Virus record (IMG/VR): IMGVR_UViG_3300027859_000009
Span: 16,535-80,534 of that record
Origin: a virus
Length of the DNA: 64,000 nucleotides
Reading direction: 5' to 3' (one strand)
Below the pieces are notes generated by a model. The model was not told the DNA's origin, searched no databases, and saw only the letters and a list, made by a program, of their open reading frames with translations. The translations under genes were made by a program, and so were the position numbers. Below are positions 20,220-31,476 of this stretch, piece by piece (within the stretch, counting starts at the first letter, position 1; every line of letters starts with the position of its first letter).

Positions 20220-20402
20220 ATGACTAAACAAGAAGCATTAAATGAAATAATGAAAGCAGTGGAATATAAAGTACCTGGATATGATAACACAGAATTAGTA
20301 AAGGCTATTCTAGGAGTTTTTGAAAAACAGGTAAGAATAGACCAGATAGAAAAAGACCGCGAAATGAGTATGAAAACCCTAAATATTACTAAAATTAAAT
20401 AA
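20220..20402 (+). CDS. hypothetical protein
   Basis: Small ORF with A-rich leader. Confidence 0.55.
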   Translation: MTKQEALNEIMKAVEYKVPGYDNTELVKAILGVFEKQVRIDQIEKDREMSMKTLNITKIK

Positions 20403-20426
20403 ACAAATCAAAGATTTTTTCTATAA
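20401..20426 (+). promoter_or_regulatory. class II promoter upstream of clamp loader
   Basis: AAAC-N17-TATAA. Confidence 0.65.
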
Positions 20427-20440
20427 AATAAAAATAAAAT

Positions 20441-21406
20441 ATGCAAGCAGTTCAACAACTTTTCACAGAAAAATACAGACCAAAAAATCTTAGTGAACTT
20501 ATTCTACCAGAAAGAGTGATGAATAAATTCAAAGACGGGTTAGTTCAAAACATGTTATTAGCGGGTAGTCCAGGTACTGGAAAAACATCAACAGCTAAAG
20601 CAATTGTTAATCAATTTAACATGCCGTATCTTTACATAAATGCATCGACAGATACTTCAGTAGACGTAATTAGAACAAGAATCACAGACTTTTGTTCTAC
20701 AGTTTCTATTATGGACGGACCTAGTTCTATGAAGGTTGTAATATTAGATGAGGTTGATGGTGTATCAGATCAATTCTTTAAAGCACTTCGTGCTACAATG
20801 GAAACCTTCGCATCAAATAGCAGATTTATTGCTACATGTAATTATATAAATAAATTACCAGATCCAATACTTTCAAGATTTGAAGTTATTAATTTTGATT
20901 TTGACAAAGAAGACGAAGCTGAACTAACTAAAAAATATATTAGAAGAGTTTACGAAATATGTCAAAATGAAGGACTTGAAATAGAAAAACCAGCTCTATT
21001 AGAATTTGTAAGGCGAAATTTTCCAGATCTAAGAGATACTCTTAATAAACTGCAGGGCTTTAAATCTCAAGGAACTTTAGATATTAAAGTAGAAGACGTA
21101 AAAAGATTTAACTCTGTCTATAAAGACATATTTGAACTCATATTTAATGAAACAAATCCAGTAGTTAATTATAAAACATTAGTAAGCAATTATTCAAACA
21201 GAGTTGAAGATGTATTGCAGAGCTTAGGTAGCGATTTTATTGATTATATAAATCAAGAAAAAAGCCAGTACACAAAGCATATTCCAGAAATAACAGTGGA
21301 AGTTGCACAGCATCAAGCACAGAGACTTTCTGTAATAGACCCTGTAATTACAATGCTTTCATTAGTGTTTAAAATACAAACAATAATAAAAGAAACAAAG
21401 GTATGA
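20441..21406 (+). CDS. gp44: clamp loader AAA+ subunit (gp44/RFC)
   Basis: EKYRP, GSPGTGKT, INAS, ILDEVD, TCNY, SRF motifs. Confidence 0.93.
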   Translation: MQAVQQLFTEKYRPKNLSELILPERVMNKFKDGLVQNMLLAGSPGTGKTSTAKAIVNQFNMPYLYINASTDTSVDVIRTRITDFCSTVSIMDGPSSMKVVILDEVDGVSDQFFKALRATMETFASNSRFIATCNYINKLPDPILSRFEVINFDFDKEDEAELTKKYIRRVYEICQNEGLEIEKPALLEFVRRNFPDLRDTLNKLQGFKSQGTLDIKVEDVKRFNSVYKDIFELIFNETNPVVNYKTLVSNYSNRVEDVLQSLGSDFIDYINQEKSQYTKHIPEITVEVAQHQAQRLSVIDPVITMLSLVFKIQTIIKETKV

Positions 21407-22635
21407 TGAAAAAAGGAGGACATACACTATTAATAGATGGCAATTATTTTTTGCACAGCAGACTTTTTGTTCTTCCAAGACCATCTAGTGGTAAAATGAT
21501 GGAAGATGAAGAATCAAGAGCCAATCTTATGCGCAAATTAGCGATAGACTTAGCATCCGAAGTAAGAAAGATGAGAGACTTTATAGATAAAGTTGTAGTA
21601 ACAGTAGATGCTAGAAGTTGGCGCAAAGACCTATTCCCACAAGCAGAATATAAAGGTACTAGAAAGCAAGATTCTAAAATAGATTGGACTGGCGTATATG
21701 GAATTTATGAAGAATTTCAAGCTATTTTACAAAAGCACGGTGTTATTGTACATAGAATAGACGGCGCAGAAGCAGATGATGTTCTTTTTGGTTGGTCAAC
21801 TTACTTAAACAATAAAGGTAAAAATTGTATAATATGGACAGGTGATAGAGACCTTATTCAATTAGTAAATTATTCAATACCAAATGATGCATACACACTA
21901 TGGTATTCAAGTGCTCATAAAAGTTTATATACTTTTCCTAACTTTGAAGAAGTTATTAATAGGAAAGAAGATATAGATAAAAATGACATGTTATTTAATA
22001 TGAGTCACTATAAAGGTCTTTCTCAAGAATCTAGACACTCTCTTAAATTATGGATGGAAAATAATAAAGTAAAATTAACTGAAGTAGATTGTGACGAGTT
22101 TTTATTTAAAAAAATACTTGTAGGTGACAGTGGTGATAACATACCATCTGTTATTACTTGGCAAAAAGTAATGAAGAATGGTAAATTAAGAACTTATTCT
22201 ATTACAGATAAAATGGCAGATAAAATATATGCTCAGTTTACAAAAGAATCAGATGGATTTGTTGTAGATACCTTATTTGTAAAAAGCGAATTAGAAAGAA
22301 TGGCTGATGTTGTTTATAGGGTAGTAGGTAGAGAATCTGCAAAGATTATATCTAACAGGATATTTGATAATATGTCTCTAATGATGCTTCACTCTAGAGT
22401 AATACCTGAACCTATTCAGAACGAAATATACAAAGCAGTAGAAAATGAATTTTCTTTGCTAGATAGAATGGACCTATCTAAGTTAACAAACAAAGATAAA
22501 ATATTAGAAAATACAAAATGGTTAGATATTAAAAAATCTAAAAAAGCAGATATTTTCTCTAATTTAGATATAGAAGATAACCAGCCTAAAAAATTAAAAT
22601 TAATAAATAAGAATAACAAAAATAAATTGTTCTAA
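21403..22635 (+). CDS. rnh: 5'-3' exonuclease / T4 RNase H
   Basis: LIDGN, YKGTR, EADD, TGDRD, GDSGDNIP motifs. Confidence 0.88.
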   Translation: MMKKGGHTLLIDGNYFLHSRLFVLPRPSSGKMMEDEESRANLMRKLAIDLASEVRKMRDFIDKVVVTVDARSWRKDLFPQAEYKGTRKQDSKIDWTGVYGIYEEFQAILQKHGVIVHRIDGAEADDVLFGWSTYLNNKGKNCIIWTGDRDLIQLVNYSIPNDAYTLWYSSAHKSLYTFPNFEEVINRKEDIDKNDMLFNMSHYKGLSQESRHSLKLWMENNKVKLTEVDCDEFLFKKILVGDSGDNIPSVITWQKVMKNGKLRTYSITDKMADKIYAQFTKESDGFVVDTLFVKSELERMADVVYRVVGRESAKIISNRIFDNMSLMMLHSRVIPEPIQNEIYKAVENEFSLLDRMDLSKLTNKDKILENTKWLDIKKSKKADIFSNLDIEDNQPKKLKLINKNNKNKLF

Positions 22636-23060
22636 TGTTAGACGACACAAAACTTTTTGATTTTATTAAAATAATGTTTACAAAACCGGAGCATTATAAT
22701 AAATTAAAAAACTTTTCAAAGAAAAGGCATCATTTTATGGTAAATAGATTTATGTCAATTAAACACCCAACAACTGCAAATTTATTTAATATAAATGGTA
22801 TTGATGGCGGAAGAGTAATTGATTGTTGGCACAAAGTTACTAGTAGATTTAATAAAGTCCCAGGTTGGATATACACTAAGACTAAAAGTTCAAAGAAAAA
22901 TATTAAAGAAAAATACCAACCAAGTGAAGAAGCTTTAAGAATTTATATGGAAAAAAATGAAATAGGAAAAAGAGAAATAGAAGAGTTAAAAAAATTTTGC
23001 AAAGAAGAGTTATATCAAGATTTAAAAACATTAGAAAATCAAATAAAAGTTTATGGCTAA
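22635..23060 (+). CDS. probable clamp loader small subunit (gp62-like)
   Basis: LFDFI...FMVNRFMS pattern, size, proximity to gp44. Confidence 0.45.
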   Translation: MLDDTKLFDFIKIMFTKPEHYNKLKNFSKKRHHFMVNRFMSIKHPTTANLFNINGIDGGRVIDCWHKVTSRFNKVPGWIYTKTKSSKKNIKEKYQPSEEALRIYMEKNEIGKREIEELKKFCKEELYQDLKTLENQIKVYG

Positions 23061-23700
23061 CTATCTTTTTCCTGAAATTGTAGCTATAACTCTACAAAAA
23101 CATAATTCAATAGACAATAAAATTTACACTCTTATAAAAAATAAAGGGTGTTTTACTAAACATGCTAATACTATTTTAGTAAAAAGCGAAGAATTATATT
23201 CCATTCTTAAAGAAAATTATGAATTAGAATTAGAAAAATTAAATACTATTTCTAATAAAAACCTATATAAAGGAGCAACTACAATTTACTTTCTTAATAA
23301 ATTCATGAAAGACATGAAAAACTTAAGATGGTTTCAAATCACTTTATGTAAAAATATATCTTATAGTAGAATTAGTAGCAATCATCAGCCAGATGAAGAA
23401 AAAACTTTAAATTTTGATTTTAAAGTAATAAGAGGAAGTTTTAGAACTTTTGATTTATTTAAAGAAGAATTATTACCATCGGTTAATAAAATTTTAAAAC
23501 TAGTAGGATGTGTTAACAAATCACACTACGCTGTAGTAAAACTAAAAAATTTAGAAAATAGAATTTTAAATTTTAAAGAATCTTCCAATGACTTAACAGA
23601 AGAAGAAAATAGTATATGTAGTACTTTAATCTATCATTTTTCAGAATGGTCAGATGATAATCCACAAACACTTATAGTCACAGATTTCTTAGATATATAG
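23053..23700 (+). CDS. hypothetical protein
   Basis: 215-aa coupled ORF. Confidence 0.6.
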   Translation: MANYLFPEIVAITLQKHNSIDNKIYTLIKNKGCFTKHANTILVKSEELYSILKENYELELEKLNTISNKNLYKGATTIYFLNKFMKDMKNLRWFQITLCKNISYSRISSNHQPDEEKTLNFDFKVIRGSFRTFDLFKEELLPSVNKILKLVGCVNKSHYAVVKLKNLENRILNFKESSNDLTEEENSICSTLIYHFSEWSDDNPQTLIVTDFLDI

Positions 23701-23719
23701 TAGAAATACGTATTATATT

Positions 23720-23965
23720 ATGAAAGATAACAAGACTTTTTTTGAAAAGTTGCTTTCTGATGTTGATGGTCAGCCATCTTCTAAAAGATTAGTAACTTTA
23801 GTAGCATTCGTTTTAATTTCCGGAGCATTTGTTATAAATATTTTTGCTGAAATACCATTAAAAGAATATATGTTTGAGGGTATGCTTTGGTTAACTGGAG
23901 CTGGAATAGGTTCAGCAACAGTTGAGAAGTTTAGTAGAAAAGGGTTTAAAGACGAATCAGAATAA
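23720..23965 (+). CDS. holin-like two-TM protein
   Basis: SSKR followed by two TM helices; late motif at 23692. Confidence 0.5.
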   Translation: MKDNKTFFEKLLSDVDGQPSSKRLVTLVAFVLISGAFVINIFAEIPLKEYMFEGMLWLTGAGIGSATVEKFSRKGFKDESE

Positions 23966-23981
23966 ACTAGATAAATAAAAC

Positions 23982-25943
23982 ATGGTTACAAGTTACACAG
24001 CATCCGAAGTAGGAGATATTATCATTGCTAAATTAGTAGAACCTTACAAAGGGGCAGAGCAAATTTTAGATTGGGATATACAAGCCGGTTTTTCTAATGA
24101 GTTTACTGTTGGAAAAATAACTTTTGTACAAGGAAGTTCAACAGTTACTGGGATTGGAACAAATTTAGACCTTAATTCCGGAGATATTATTTTAGCAGCA
24201 GGTTATGAATTCGAAGTATCTTCTACACCTGACCCTAATACAATAGAACTATCTTCACCATCTCTTTATGATTTAACAGATGTTGAGTTTCATATAAAAG
24301 AAAACGAATGGAATTATTTTAAATACGAGTTTAGATGGTCGCAAAATGATGTAATAGAAAAAGGAGGAGAGCATAGTGAATGGCATCCCTTAAATAAAAC
24401 AAATATTTTAGGAGATATTTTAACTTTAGATATAAATCCAGCAGCCCCTTTTTGGGTAGAAATAAAATCAACAGTTCAGGATTTACAACCTCTCCATACT
24501 ATTTCTTTTTTAAAAGTAACATACACTATTCAATATGAAAATGGTACAATAGAAGAATGTCCTCAAATATGCGCAGAATGTGAACCTTATGATGTCATAG
24601 GATGTGCTAATATTTTAGTAGAATGTGACTCAGAAAATCTTTATAACCCCTATGGTTTAAGTAGGCCTGTAAAAATCTATAATAGTTTATCTAATTTAGC
24701 AAATCAAGTTTATGGTCATCCTGTAACATATTATAGAGTTGAACCAAATGTTAGGAGTAAAGATGTTATTTTAAAAGAATATTCGCTTTATGATGTTATT
24801 GAAAAGGCAACAATAAAGATAATGGTACCAGATAACGAATTTCCTACAGAAGCTGCAAGTTTTGATATTTTTGGGATGGGTTTTGAAGATTTTGAAATTC
24901 ACATGTTAGGTTCTGAATTTAGAAAGCATTTTGGTGAAGGTAAAAGCCCCAGATCAAGGGACTATTTATTTATACCATACAATAATAGAATGTATGAAGT
25001 AAATTCAGTTTCTTTAGCCGACGAATTTAATAAAGAGCTAACTTATTTCAAACTACATTTGAAAAAATATGAAAATAGAACTTCTACTAATAAAGGAGAT
25101 TTTGCAGAAGATTTAACAGACTTAGTAGTAGGAGTAGAAGAAGTTCTAGGAGAAGACATAAAAGAAGAGTTCACAAAAGTTACAAAACCTTTACAATACC
25201 AAGCAACTCATCATGCATCACAGGACGGTGTTAGAAAATATGTTCATAAAGATTTAGAAATTAGAGATATTAATTTAATGAATAAATGGACGGTTGTTTC
25301 TAGAAATTACTACGAAACATCAAGTATTTTAGGAGATGAATCTCAAAGTCCTGCTGTTATTTATAATGAAATTTCTAAAAATGGAGTTGGTGAAAATCTT
25401 TCACTACACCACTGGTTTCAACCAACTAAAAGATTCGATTACAAAAAAGCTGAACAGTATACAACATTAGATGGAACTGATATTGAAGGAAATGGACTTG
25501 CTTTAAAAATATCATCAAAGGGTATTATTGTTAGAATAAACAATCAAGATTATTTATTTAAACATAAAATAATATTTGGTTCAGATCATTGGTACTCAAT
25601 AGTTGTTAACATGAGTAACACTTATAACGAAGTTTCTGTAAGTATTTTTAAATTAGATGGGCAAAATAATTATAATAGCCCTACAGGTCCTATGGAACTT
25701 GAAGAAATGTTTTTTGGTAAATTAGATATGCTTTCAATTCAAACTTGGGAAACCGATGTTAATTGGTCTTTAAGAGGCAGCGAATTAAACATAACTAATG
25801 TTAGAATATTTAAAAAGACTATCGAAGACGAACAAAAAGTTCCAGTATTACACCAATATGTAGTAAGAGATGCACATCACCTTTTATTAGCAGATAATGC
25901 CATACCATCGTTAATGTTACAGAAGTATGGTCAATCTAGATAA
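23982..25943 (+). CDS. neck/head-closure protein (gp14-like core) with C-terminal LamG-like domain
   Basis: YGHPVTYY...DVILKE...FGM...PRSRDYLFIPYNNRMYEV core; WYSIVV/ITNVRIF LamG pattern. Confidence 0.6.
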   Translation: MVTSYTASEVGDIIIAKLVEPYKGAEQILDWDIQAGFSNEFTVGKITFVQGSSTVTGIGTNLDLNSGDIILAAGYEFEVSSTPDPNTIELSSPSLYDLTDVEFHIKENEWNYFKYEFRWSQNDVIEKGGEHSEWHPLNKTNILGDILTLDINPAAPFWVEIKSTVQDLQPLHTISFLKVTYTIQYENGTIEECPQICAECEPYDVIGCANILVECDSENLYNPYGLSRPVKIYNSLSNLANQVYGHPVTYYRVEPNVRSKDVILKEYSLYDVIEKATIKIMVPDNEFPTEAASFDIFGMGFEDFEIHMLGSEFRKHFGEGKSPRSRDYLFIPYNNRMYEVNSVSLADEFNKELTYFKLHLKKYENRTSTNKGDFAEDLTDLVVGVEEVLGEDIKEEFTKVTKPLQYQATHHASQDGVRKYVHKDLEIRDINLMNKWTVVSRNYYETSSILGDESQSPAVIYNEISKNGVGENLSLHHWFQPTKRFDYKKAEQYTTLDGTDIEGNGLALKISSKGIIVRINNQDYLFKHKIIFGSDHWYSIVVNMSNTYNEVSVSIFKLDGQNNYNSPTGPMELEEMFFGKLDMLSIQTWETDVNWSLRGSELNITNVRIFKKTIEDEQKVPVLHQYVVRDAHHLLLADNAIPSLMLQKYGQSR

Positions 25944-25971
25944 AAGGAATATATAATCTAAATTAATAAGA

Positions 25972-26622
25972 ATGTCAGAAGATAAAAAGAAGACTATTTC
26001 AGAACAAGCTGAATTTATTAGAAAAGACTTAGAAGACCTTTTAGGTCCAGATAATAGTATAGACGTAGAACAAGACCCGTCAGATTTACCTATTCCTAAA
26101 TTTCATAATGCAAAACCAGCTGTAAATTATTCTGAAATGAAAGGTATTTCAGAAAAACAGGCTAAAAAAACTATCTCTAGCCTAATGGAATTTTACTTAG
26201 ATTCAGAAATCATTGAAAAAGATGAATATTTACAAGCTAAGAAAAAAATGGATGAAATGACTATGGGCTCTCTTGTGTATCAGCTACAAGCAGGTGAAAG
26301 AGCACTAACAACATTATTAGAAACTATTGAAGGAGGAGAATTAGCACCCAGAATGTTTGAGGTATTAGCAACATTGCAAAAATCAATGTTAGATATTATT
26401 AAAAGCCAAACCATGTACCTTATGGCAACTGAAGAGAGCGCAAAAAGAATAGCAAGAGATATTGAACTCTATAAAAAGAGAGATAGAGATGATGAACTAG
26501 AACAGGTTGGAGGAAAAGAAAATGGAAATATTCAAAGAGGTACAAAAGACCTTATGAATCAAATTCAAGCAGGTATAAATAAAGCTGACATAGAAGATAT
26601 AGAACCAGAAACAGATGAGTGA
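25972..26622 (+). CDS. terminase small subunit (gp16-like)
   Basis: PRMFEVLATL motif; directly upstream of large terminase. Confidence 0.7.
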   Translation: MSEDKKKTISEQAEFIRKDLEDLLGPDNSIDVEQDPSDLPIPKFHNAKPAVNYSEMKGISEKQAKKTISSLMEFYLDSEIIEKDEYLQAKKKMDEMTMGSLVYQLQAGERALTTLLETIEGGELAPRMFEVLATLQKSMLDIIKSQTMYLMATEESAKRIARDIELYKKRDRDDELEQVGGKENGNIQRGTKDLMNQIQAGINKADIEDIEPETDE

Positions 26623-28429
26623 TAACGTTTGGATTCCTAAAGAAACAGGCCAGGCAACTTCAGAAAGACTTGTTTGGACAACTAAAAAAGTAAATGATTT
26701 AGAAGTAGCACTTGACCAAGGTTATAAACCACAGGTTAAAATGCCATTTTATGAAGGAAAGCAATTTTTAAGAAGAGGTAATATTGTATTTGAATACACT
26801 GATGGAGAGATTCAAGAGCTGGCTAGATGCGCGTCAGATATTGTATATTTTGCAGAAAAATATGCAGTTGTTTTAACTGATGAGGGAATTCAGCAGGTAA
26901 AATTAAGAGATTATCAAAAGGAAATGTTGCGTAATTTCCAAAATAATAGATTTAATATTTGTTTAGCAGCCCGCCAAATGGGTAAAACAGTTATGGCAAG
27001 TATTTTTAATGCATGGTTCTTAACTTTCAATACAGATAAAAACACACTGTTATTAGCAAATAAATCTGACACAACAAAAGAAATTATCGATAAAGCAAAG
27101 GTTGTTATAGAAAATCTTCCATTCTTTATGAAACCTGGAATTACAAAATATGATGTAATGAACGTAAAATGTGACAATGGCTGCAGACTTGTAGGACAGA
27201 GCACGACAGCTAAAGCAGGTATTGGTTTTACAATTCATTTATTATTTTTAGATGAGTTTGCACATATTCACCCTTCTATAGTTGACGCTTTTTACGAAAA
27301 TGTTTATCCTACACTTTCTGCTTCTAAGGTGTCCAGGATTATTATCACAAGCACACCAAACGGCTTTAATAAGTTTTATCAAATATACACCGCAGCTGAA
27401 AGAGGAGATAACGAATATAATTCTATGAGAATAGATTGGTGGCAGCATCCCGATAGAGACGACGCTTGGTATAAAAGAGAACTTGGAAACTTAGGAACTG
27501 TTGAGGCTTTTAATAGACAATATGGAAATGAATTTGTAAGTTCATCAAATTTGCTTTTAGACCCAGGGTCTATGAAAAAGATGAGAAGTTCAATGAAAGA
27601 ATATGTACATCATGAATTCGATTGTTTTACCGATAACCAAATAGATATAAAAGGTTTTTTAAGTTTTCACCCAGGCTTTGATGTAGAAACTTTAAAAGAC
27701 AAAGATAAATATTGGCTTTTAACAGTAGATATTGCTGAAGGAAACGGAGGAGACTATTCTATTATTAATATATTTAGAATCGACCCAATGACTAAAAAAC
27801 AGATAAAAAATGTTACAACACCAGGTGCAATGTATGACTTTTTTAAATTAAATCAAGTCGGTGTTTTTAGAAGCAATGAACATATTATTGAAGATTTTTC
27901 AAAAATACTTTATTTAGTAGGAGTAGAATTGCTATATAATGAAAACACAAAGATAATCGTAGAATTTAATACTTATGGTTCAGTTCTTTTAAAATATTTA
28001 CAAACTGTATTCCCTAGAACAAATGATTTTGATGAAGAGATGATTTTAAGATTTAAACACAGGCACGATAGTAAAGGTTTAAAACATGGAATAAAAATAA
28101 AAAATGATAATAAGCCAATATTTTGTCAAAATTTCAAATCTCTTTATGAAAATAATAAAATAAACATTACTGAATTTCAAACAACAAACGAAATAAGTCT
28201 TTTTGGAACTTTACCCTCAGGAAACTATGGTGCTCAGATGGGCAATGATGACCTTGCAATGTCAAGTATTATAGCAACTGAATATTTTAATACAGCAGCA
28301 TATGCTGATTCAGTAGAAGAATTGTTAGACTTAATTGACCCAGACTTGCATGATTTCATGGAAACTACGTTATTTAAAGATAATCAAGACCAAGGAGACT
28401 TAAATTTCGACATTTATGACCTATTATAG
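26615..28429 (+). CDS. gp17: terminase large subunit (gp17)
   Basis: LRDYQ, ARQMGKT, LLANK, LDEFA, TSTPNG, VDIAEG.GGDYS, DDLAM. Confidence 0.95.
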   Translation: MSDNVWIPKETGQATSERLVWTTKKVNDLEVALDQGYKPQVKMPFYEGKQFLRRGNIVFEYTDGEIQELARCASDIVYFAEKYAVVLTDEGIQQVKLRDYQKEMLRNFQNNRFNICLAARQMGKTVMASIFNAWFLTFNTDKNTLLLANKSDTTKEIIDKAKVVIENLPFFMKPGITKYDVMNVKCDNGCRLVGQSTTAKAGIGFTIHLLFLDEFAHIHPSIVDAFYENVYPTLSASKVSRIIITSTPNGFNKFYQIYTAAERGDNEYNSMRIDWWQHPDRDDAWYKRELGNLGTVEAFNRQYGNEFVSSSNLLLDPGSMKKMRSSMKEYVHHEFDCFTDNQIDIKGFLSFHPGFDVETLKDKDKYWLLTVDIAEGNGGDYSIINIFRIDPMTKKQIKNVTTPGAMYDFFKLNQVGVFRSNEHIIEDFSKILYLVGVELLYNENTKIIVEFNTYGSVLLKYLQTVFPRTNDFDEEMILRFKHRHDSKGLKHGIKIKNDNKPIFCQNFKSLYENNKINITEFQTTNEISLFGTLPSGNYGAQMGNDDLAMSSIIATEYFNTAAYADSVEELLDLIDPDLHDFMETTLFKDNQDQGDLNFDIYDLL

Positions 28430-28489
28430 AATAATTCCCATAATTCTTAGATATATACTTTAACAAACTAAAAAAAAATAATTTCAATT

Positions 28490-30742
28490 ATGGCACTAAG
28501 TCCTCAATTATTACAATTCAAATCAAGCGGTGTTTACCGTTTAGAATTTGATAAGTCTCAAGTATCTACAGTTACTGCAGAGACTATTAGGTTATTGGCA
28601 GGTCACTCTAAAAAAGGACCAATCAATACACCAGTATATTGCGAAGATACAGAATCTTTTACTCTTATCTTTGGTAATATCGATAAAAAATTAGAAAAGA
28701 AAGGAATGTTCTTTCACAGAAGTTGTTTAGAAGCTCTTAAAAGAGGTCCTATTCTAGCTATTAATTTAGCAGACCTTTCATCAGCAGATAAAGCTGACTA
28801 TTGGAAAATTTCAACAGATGCGACAGGAGCATCTGCTGCAGCATCTTCAACTTCAGATGATGAATATGAATCATTCCACAACACTGACAAATTTATGTTT
28901 GCATCAGACTCTGAGTTTTTAGCAACTGTCGGAGAACACCCTGAAGAAGCATTAAACATTGTTAATTTAGGTAATGATAATCTTTCAGTTATCGTAAGAC
29001 AAGCACAAGATGTTAAAGCTTTTGAAGTACAGGCTAGAGATTGGTATGGAACAGGAAATATTCCAGAAGGAATTTCTGAACTAGACTATATTTCAGACTA
29101 CATGGTCGATGTCTTTGTATTTAAAGGTAAATTTGACGCAGCTGCGTTAGATGCAGACCCTGTATATGGAGATTACTTTACTTCAACTGGTCTTAAAAAA
29201 GATAAACTTAACGCTTTTGCAGATGAAAGACAAATCACTTTATTATCACAGTATACTGGTTCAATCATACCAAACTTTCAAGATTTAGAAGGAAATGGTC
29301 TATACATTGAACAAATAATAAATGCAGAAACTAGAAGAACTGGTTTATTTTGTGCAGTTAATGAAGAAGCTGTAGAAGATTCAAAAGTAAATTTAGTAGG
29401 AATAAATGCTGCTGTTGCTATTGACGCTTTATCTTATCAGATTGGAGCTACAGCTAGAGCCATAGATTTCTCAACAACTGATTTCGTTTATACTTCAAAT
29501 GGTTCATCATTTGATTTCGAATCTGCATCAAATGATGATTTAGATTTAGTTGTAGGAGACTATTTTCCAGGAGCAACAGGTACAGATTTAGTTAAAGTAA
29601 CTAGAATTTCACAACAAGGTACTTCACCGACAGTATATACTGTTACATGTTCAGGACCAGTTGATTCAGGTTTTACAGTATCTTCTGATGTTGCGTTTAA
29701 ATCTCTTGAAAAAACAGCTACTGAGTACAGAATTTTTAATTTTGATGCAGCAACTTTAGCAGATCAGTCTATTTCAGATTGTTTAACTGCTATTTCATCA
29801 GATGGATTATTCTCTGCATTAACAGATAGAGACGTTATAGATTTAAGATATATTGTAGATACTTTTGGTTCAATAGATGGTTCAAACCTTTTAAATAAAA
29901 ATGAATTTACAAGAATCGCAAAAGAAAGACAAAACGTATCTTGTATATTAAATGCACCTACAGTTGCTGAATTTAAAAAATCAACAGACCCGTCGTTTAA
30001 AGATGCTACTACAAAGAAATTTAATACAAGATTTGTAAAAGATGGTGGTGATTTATCACAAAATCCAACTGCAATTTATTCGCTACCTTCAATTGCTGAA
30101 GGAGCTAATTACGGTTTTTATTACGGACCTGGTTTAGAAGTAAGAGAAAACGGAAAAGTTAAAACAGTTGTACCAGCAGCTTACGTATCTAATAACTATA
30201 TTGATAAATTTACAAATGCACTTCCTTGGTCTATTGTATCAGGACCTAGAAGAGGAGTTATTACAGGAACTAACGTTATTGGAGCTGAATATGCATTCGA
30301 TAAAACAGACAGAGATAATTTAGAACCTTTTGGAATCAACCCAATTGTATTTGAAAGAGGAGTTGGACTAAATATTAAAGGTAATAAAACAGGACAGCAA
30401 AGCGTAAAATCGGCTTTAAGTTCAGCTCACGTAAGAGAGGTATTAATCTTCATCGAAAATGGTTTAGCAGATATACTTAAAGATTACTTATTTGAGTTTA
30501 ACACTGCACAAACTAGATTAGAAATTAAAACACTTGCTGATTCATTCATGGATGGTGTTTTAGCAGATGAAGGTGTATTTGCATATAATAATGTAATAGA
30601 CTCAACTAACAACACAAATGAAGTTATAGATGCTAATATGGGTATCCTTGATACATTTGTAGAACCAGTTAAAGGTTTAGAAATTATTGTACATAGAACA
30701 ACAGTACTTAATACTGGAGATATAGCTTCAGGTAACTTCTAA
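28490..30742 (+). CDS. gp18: tail sheath protein (gp18)
   Basis: SSGVY..EFD, KGPINTP, PW...GPRRG, INPI, GNKT, HVRE motifs. Confidence 0.92.
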   Translation: MALSPQLLQFKSSGVYRLEFDKSQVSTVTAETIRLLAGHSKKGPINTPVYCEDTESFTLIFGNIDKKLEKKGMFFHRSCLEALKRGPILAINLADLSSADKADYWKISTDATGASAAASSTSDDEYESFHNTDKFMFASDSEFLATVGEHPEEALNIVNLGNDNLSVIVRQAQDVKAFEVQARDWYGTGNIPEGISELDYISDYMVDVFVFKGKFDAAALDADPVYGDYFTSTGLKKDKLNAFADERQITLLSQYTGSIIPNFQDLEGNGLYIEQIINAETRRTGLFCAVNEEAVEDSKVNLVGINAAVAIDALSYQIGATARAIDFSTTDFVYTSNGSSFDFESASNDDLDLVVGDYFPGATGTDLVKVTRISQQGTSPTVYTVTCSGPVDSGFTVSSDVAFKSLEKTATEYRIFNFDAATLADQSISDCLTAISSDGLFSALTDRDVIDLRYIVDTFGSIDGSNLLNKNEFTRIAKERQNVSCILNAPTVAEFKKSTDPSFKDATTKKFNTRFVKDGGDLSQNPTAIYSLPSIAEGANYGFYYGPGLEVRENGKVKTVVPAAYVSNNYIDKFTNALPWSIVSGPRRGVITGTNVIGAEYAFDKTDRDNLEPFGINPIVFERGVGLNIKGNKTGQQSVKSALSSAHVREVLIFIENGLADILKDYLFEFNTAQTRLEIKTLADSFMDGVLADEGVFAYNNVIDSTNNTNEVIDANMGILDTFVEPVKGLEIIVHRTTVLNTGDIASGNF

Positions 30743-30757
30743 AAATAATTAAGATAA

Positions 30758-30785
30758 ATCAGGAAAGACTTCGGTCTTTCCTGAT
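30758..30785 (+). other. stable C(UUCG)G hairpin between sheath and tube genes
   Basis: ATCAGGAAAGAC-TTCG-GTCTTTCCTGAT, 12-bp perfect stem with no immediate U-tract. Confidence 0.8.
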
Positions 30786-30840
30786 AAATTTTAAAAAAGA
30801 ATTAGATATATAAAACATAAATAAAAATAAAAATAAAGAA

Positions 30841-31395
30841 ATGGCATTACCACATTATTCAAACGACCAAACTAGCAAGAAAGGTAAGAATTTTGAACCA
30901 GTATTAGCGAATATGTTTGAGGTAACTATTCTTCCACCAGCAGGAGTTGGAGGTCAAGAATTATTAATTCAACATATTAACAGTATTTCAGGTTTAGAAC
31001 TTCATAAAGATTTGGGAACAGTAACCCAAAAATTCAAATGGTCTACAAGGTCTTTTACAGGTGTACCTGGAGATTCCTTCTTAGACGTTACCGTTAATTT
31101 CTCATTAAACTTAAACGATGCAAATCAAATGTACCTTTACAAAACATTAAGAGATTGGTACAGACTAGCATATAACCCAGAAACTGGAGAAACGGGTCTT
31201 AAAAAAGACTACGTTGGACAGATGGTTATAGTTCAATTCAACAGAAAAGGTGATATTTTTAGAAAAATCACACTAGACGATTGTTTCGTATATTCACCAT
31301 TGAATCCATTGGCTGAAAATAACTATGAAACAGGAGACCCACAAGCAATTGATTGTGTATGGAGAGCTGACGTATGGTCAGAAGAATTAGCATAA
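30841..31395 (+). CDS. gp19: tail tube protein (gp19)
   Basis: Follows sheath; NMFEV, W..L.YNP.TG..GLKKDY motif. Confidence 0.85.
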   Translation: MALPHYSNDQTSKKGKNFEPVLANMFEVTILPPAGVGGQELLIQHINSISGLELHKDLGTVTQKFKWSTRSFTGVPGDSFLDVTVNFSLNLNDANQMYLYKTLRDWYRLAYNPETGETGLKKDYVGQMVIVQFNRKGDIFRKITLDDCFVYSPLNPLAENNYETGDPQAIDCVWRADVWSEELA

Positions 31396-31412
31396 CAGCA
31401 TTAAATTTTAAG

Positions 31413-31444
31413 AAAGAGAAGGCAATAAAACCTTCTCTTTTTTT
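31413..31444 (+). terminator. intrinsic terminator
   Basis: AAAGAGAAGG-loop-CCTTCTCTTTTTTT. Confidence 0.85.
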
Positions 31445-31476
31445 ACACTGAAAATATAATATAATAATATTTTAAT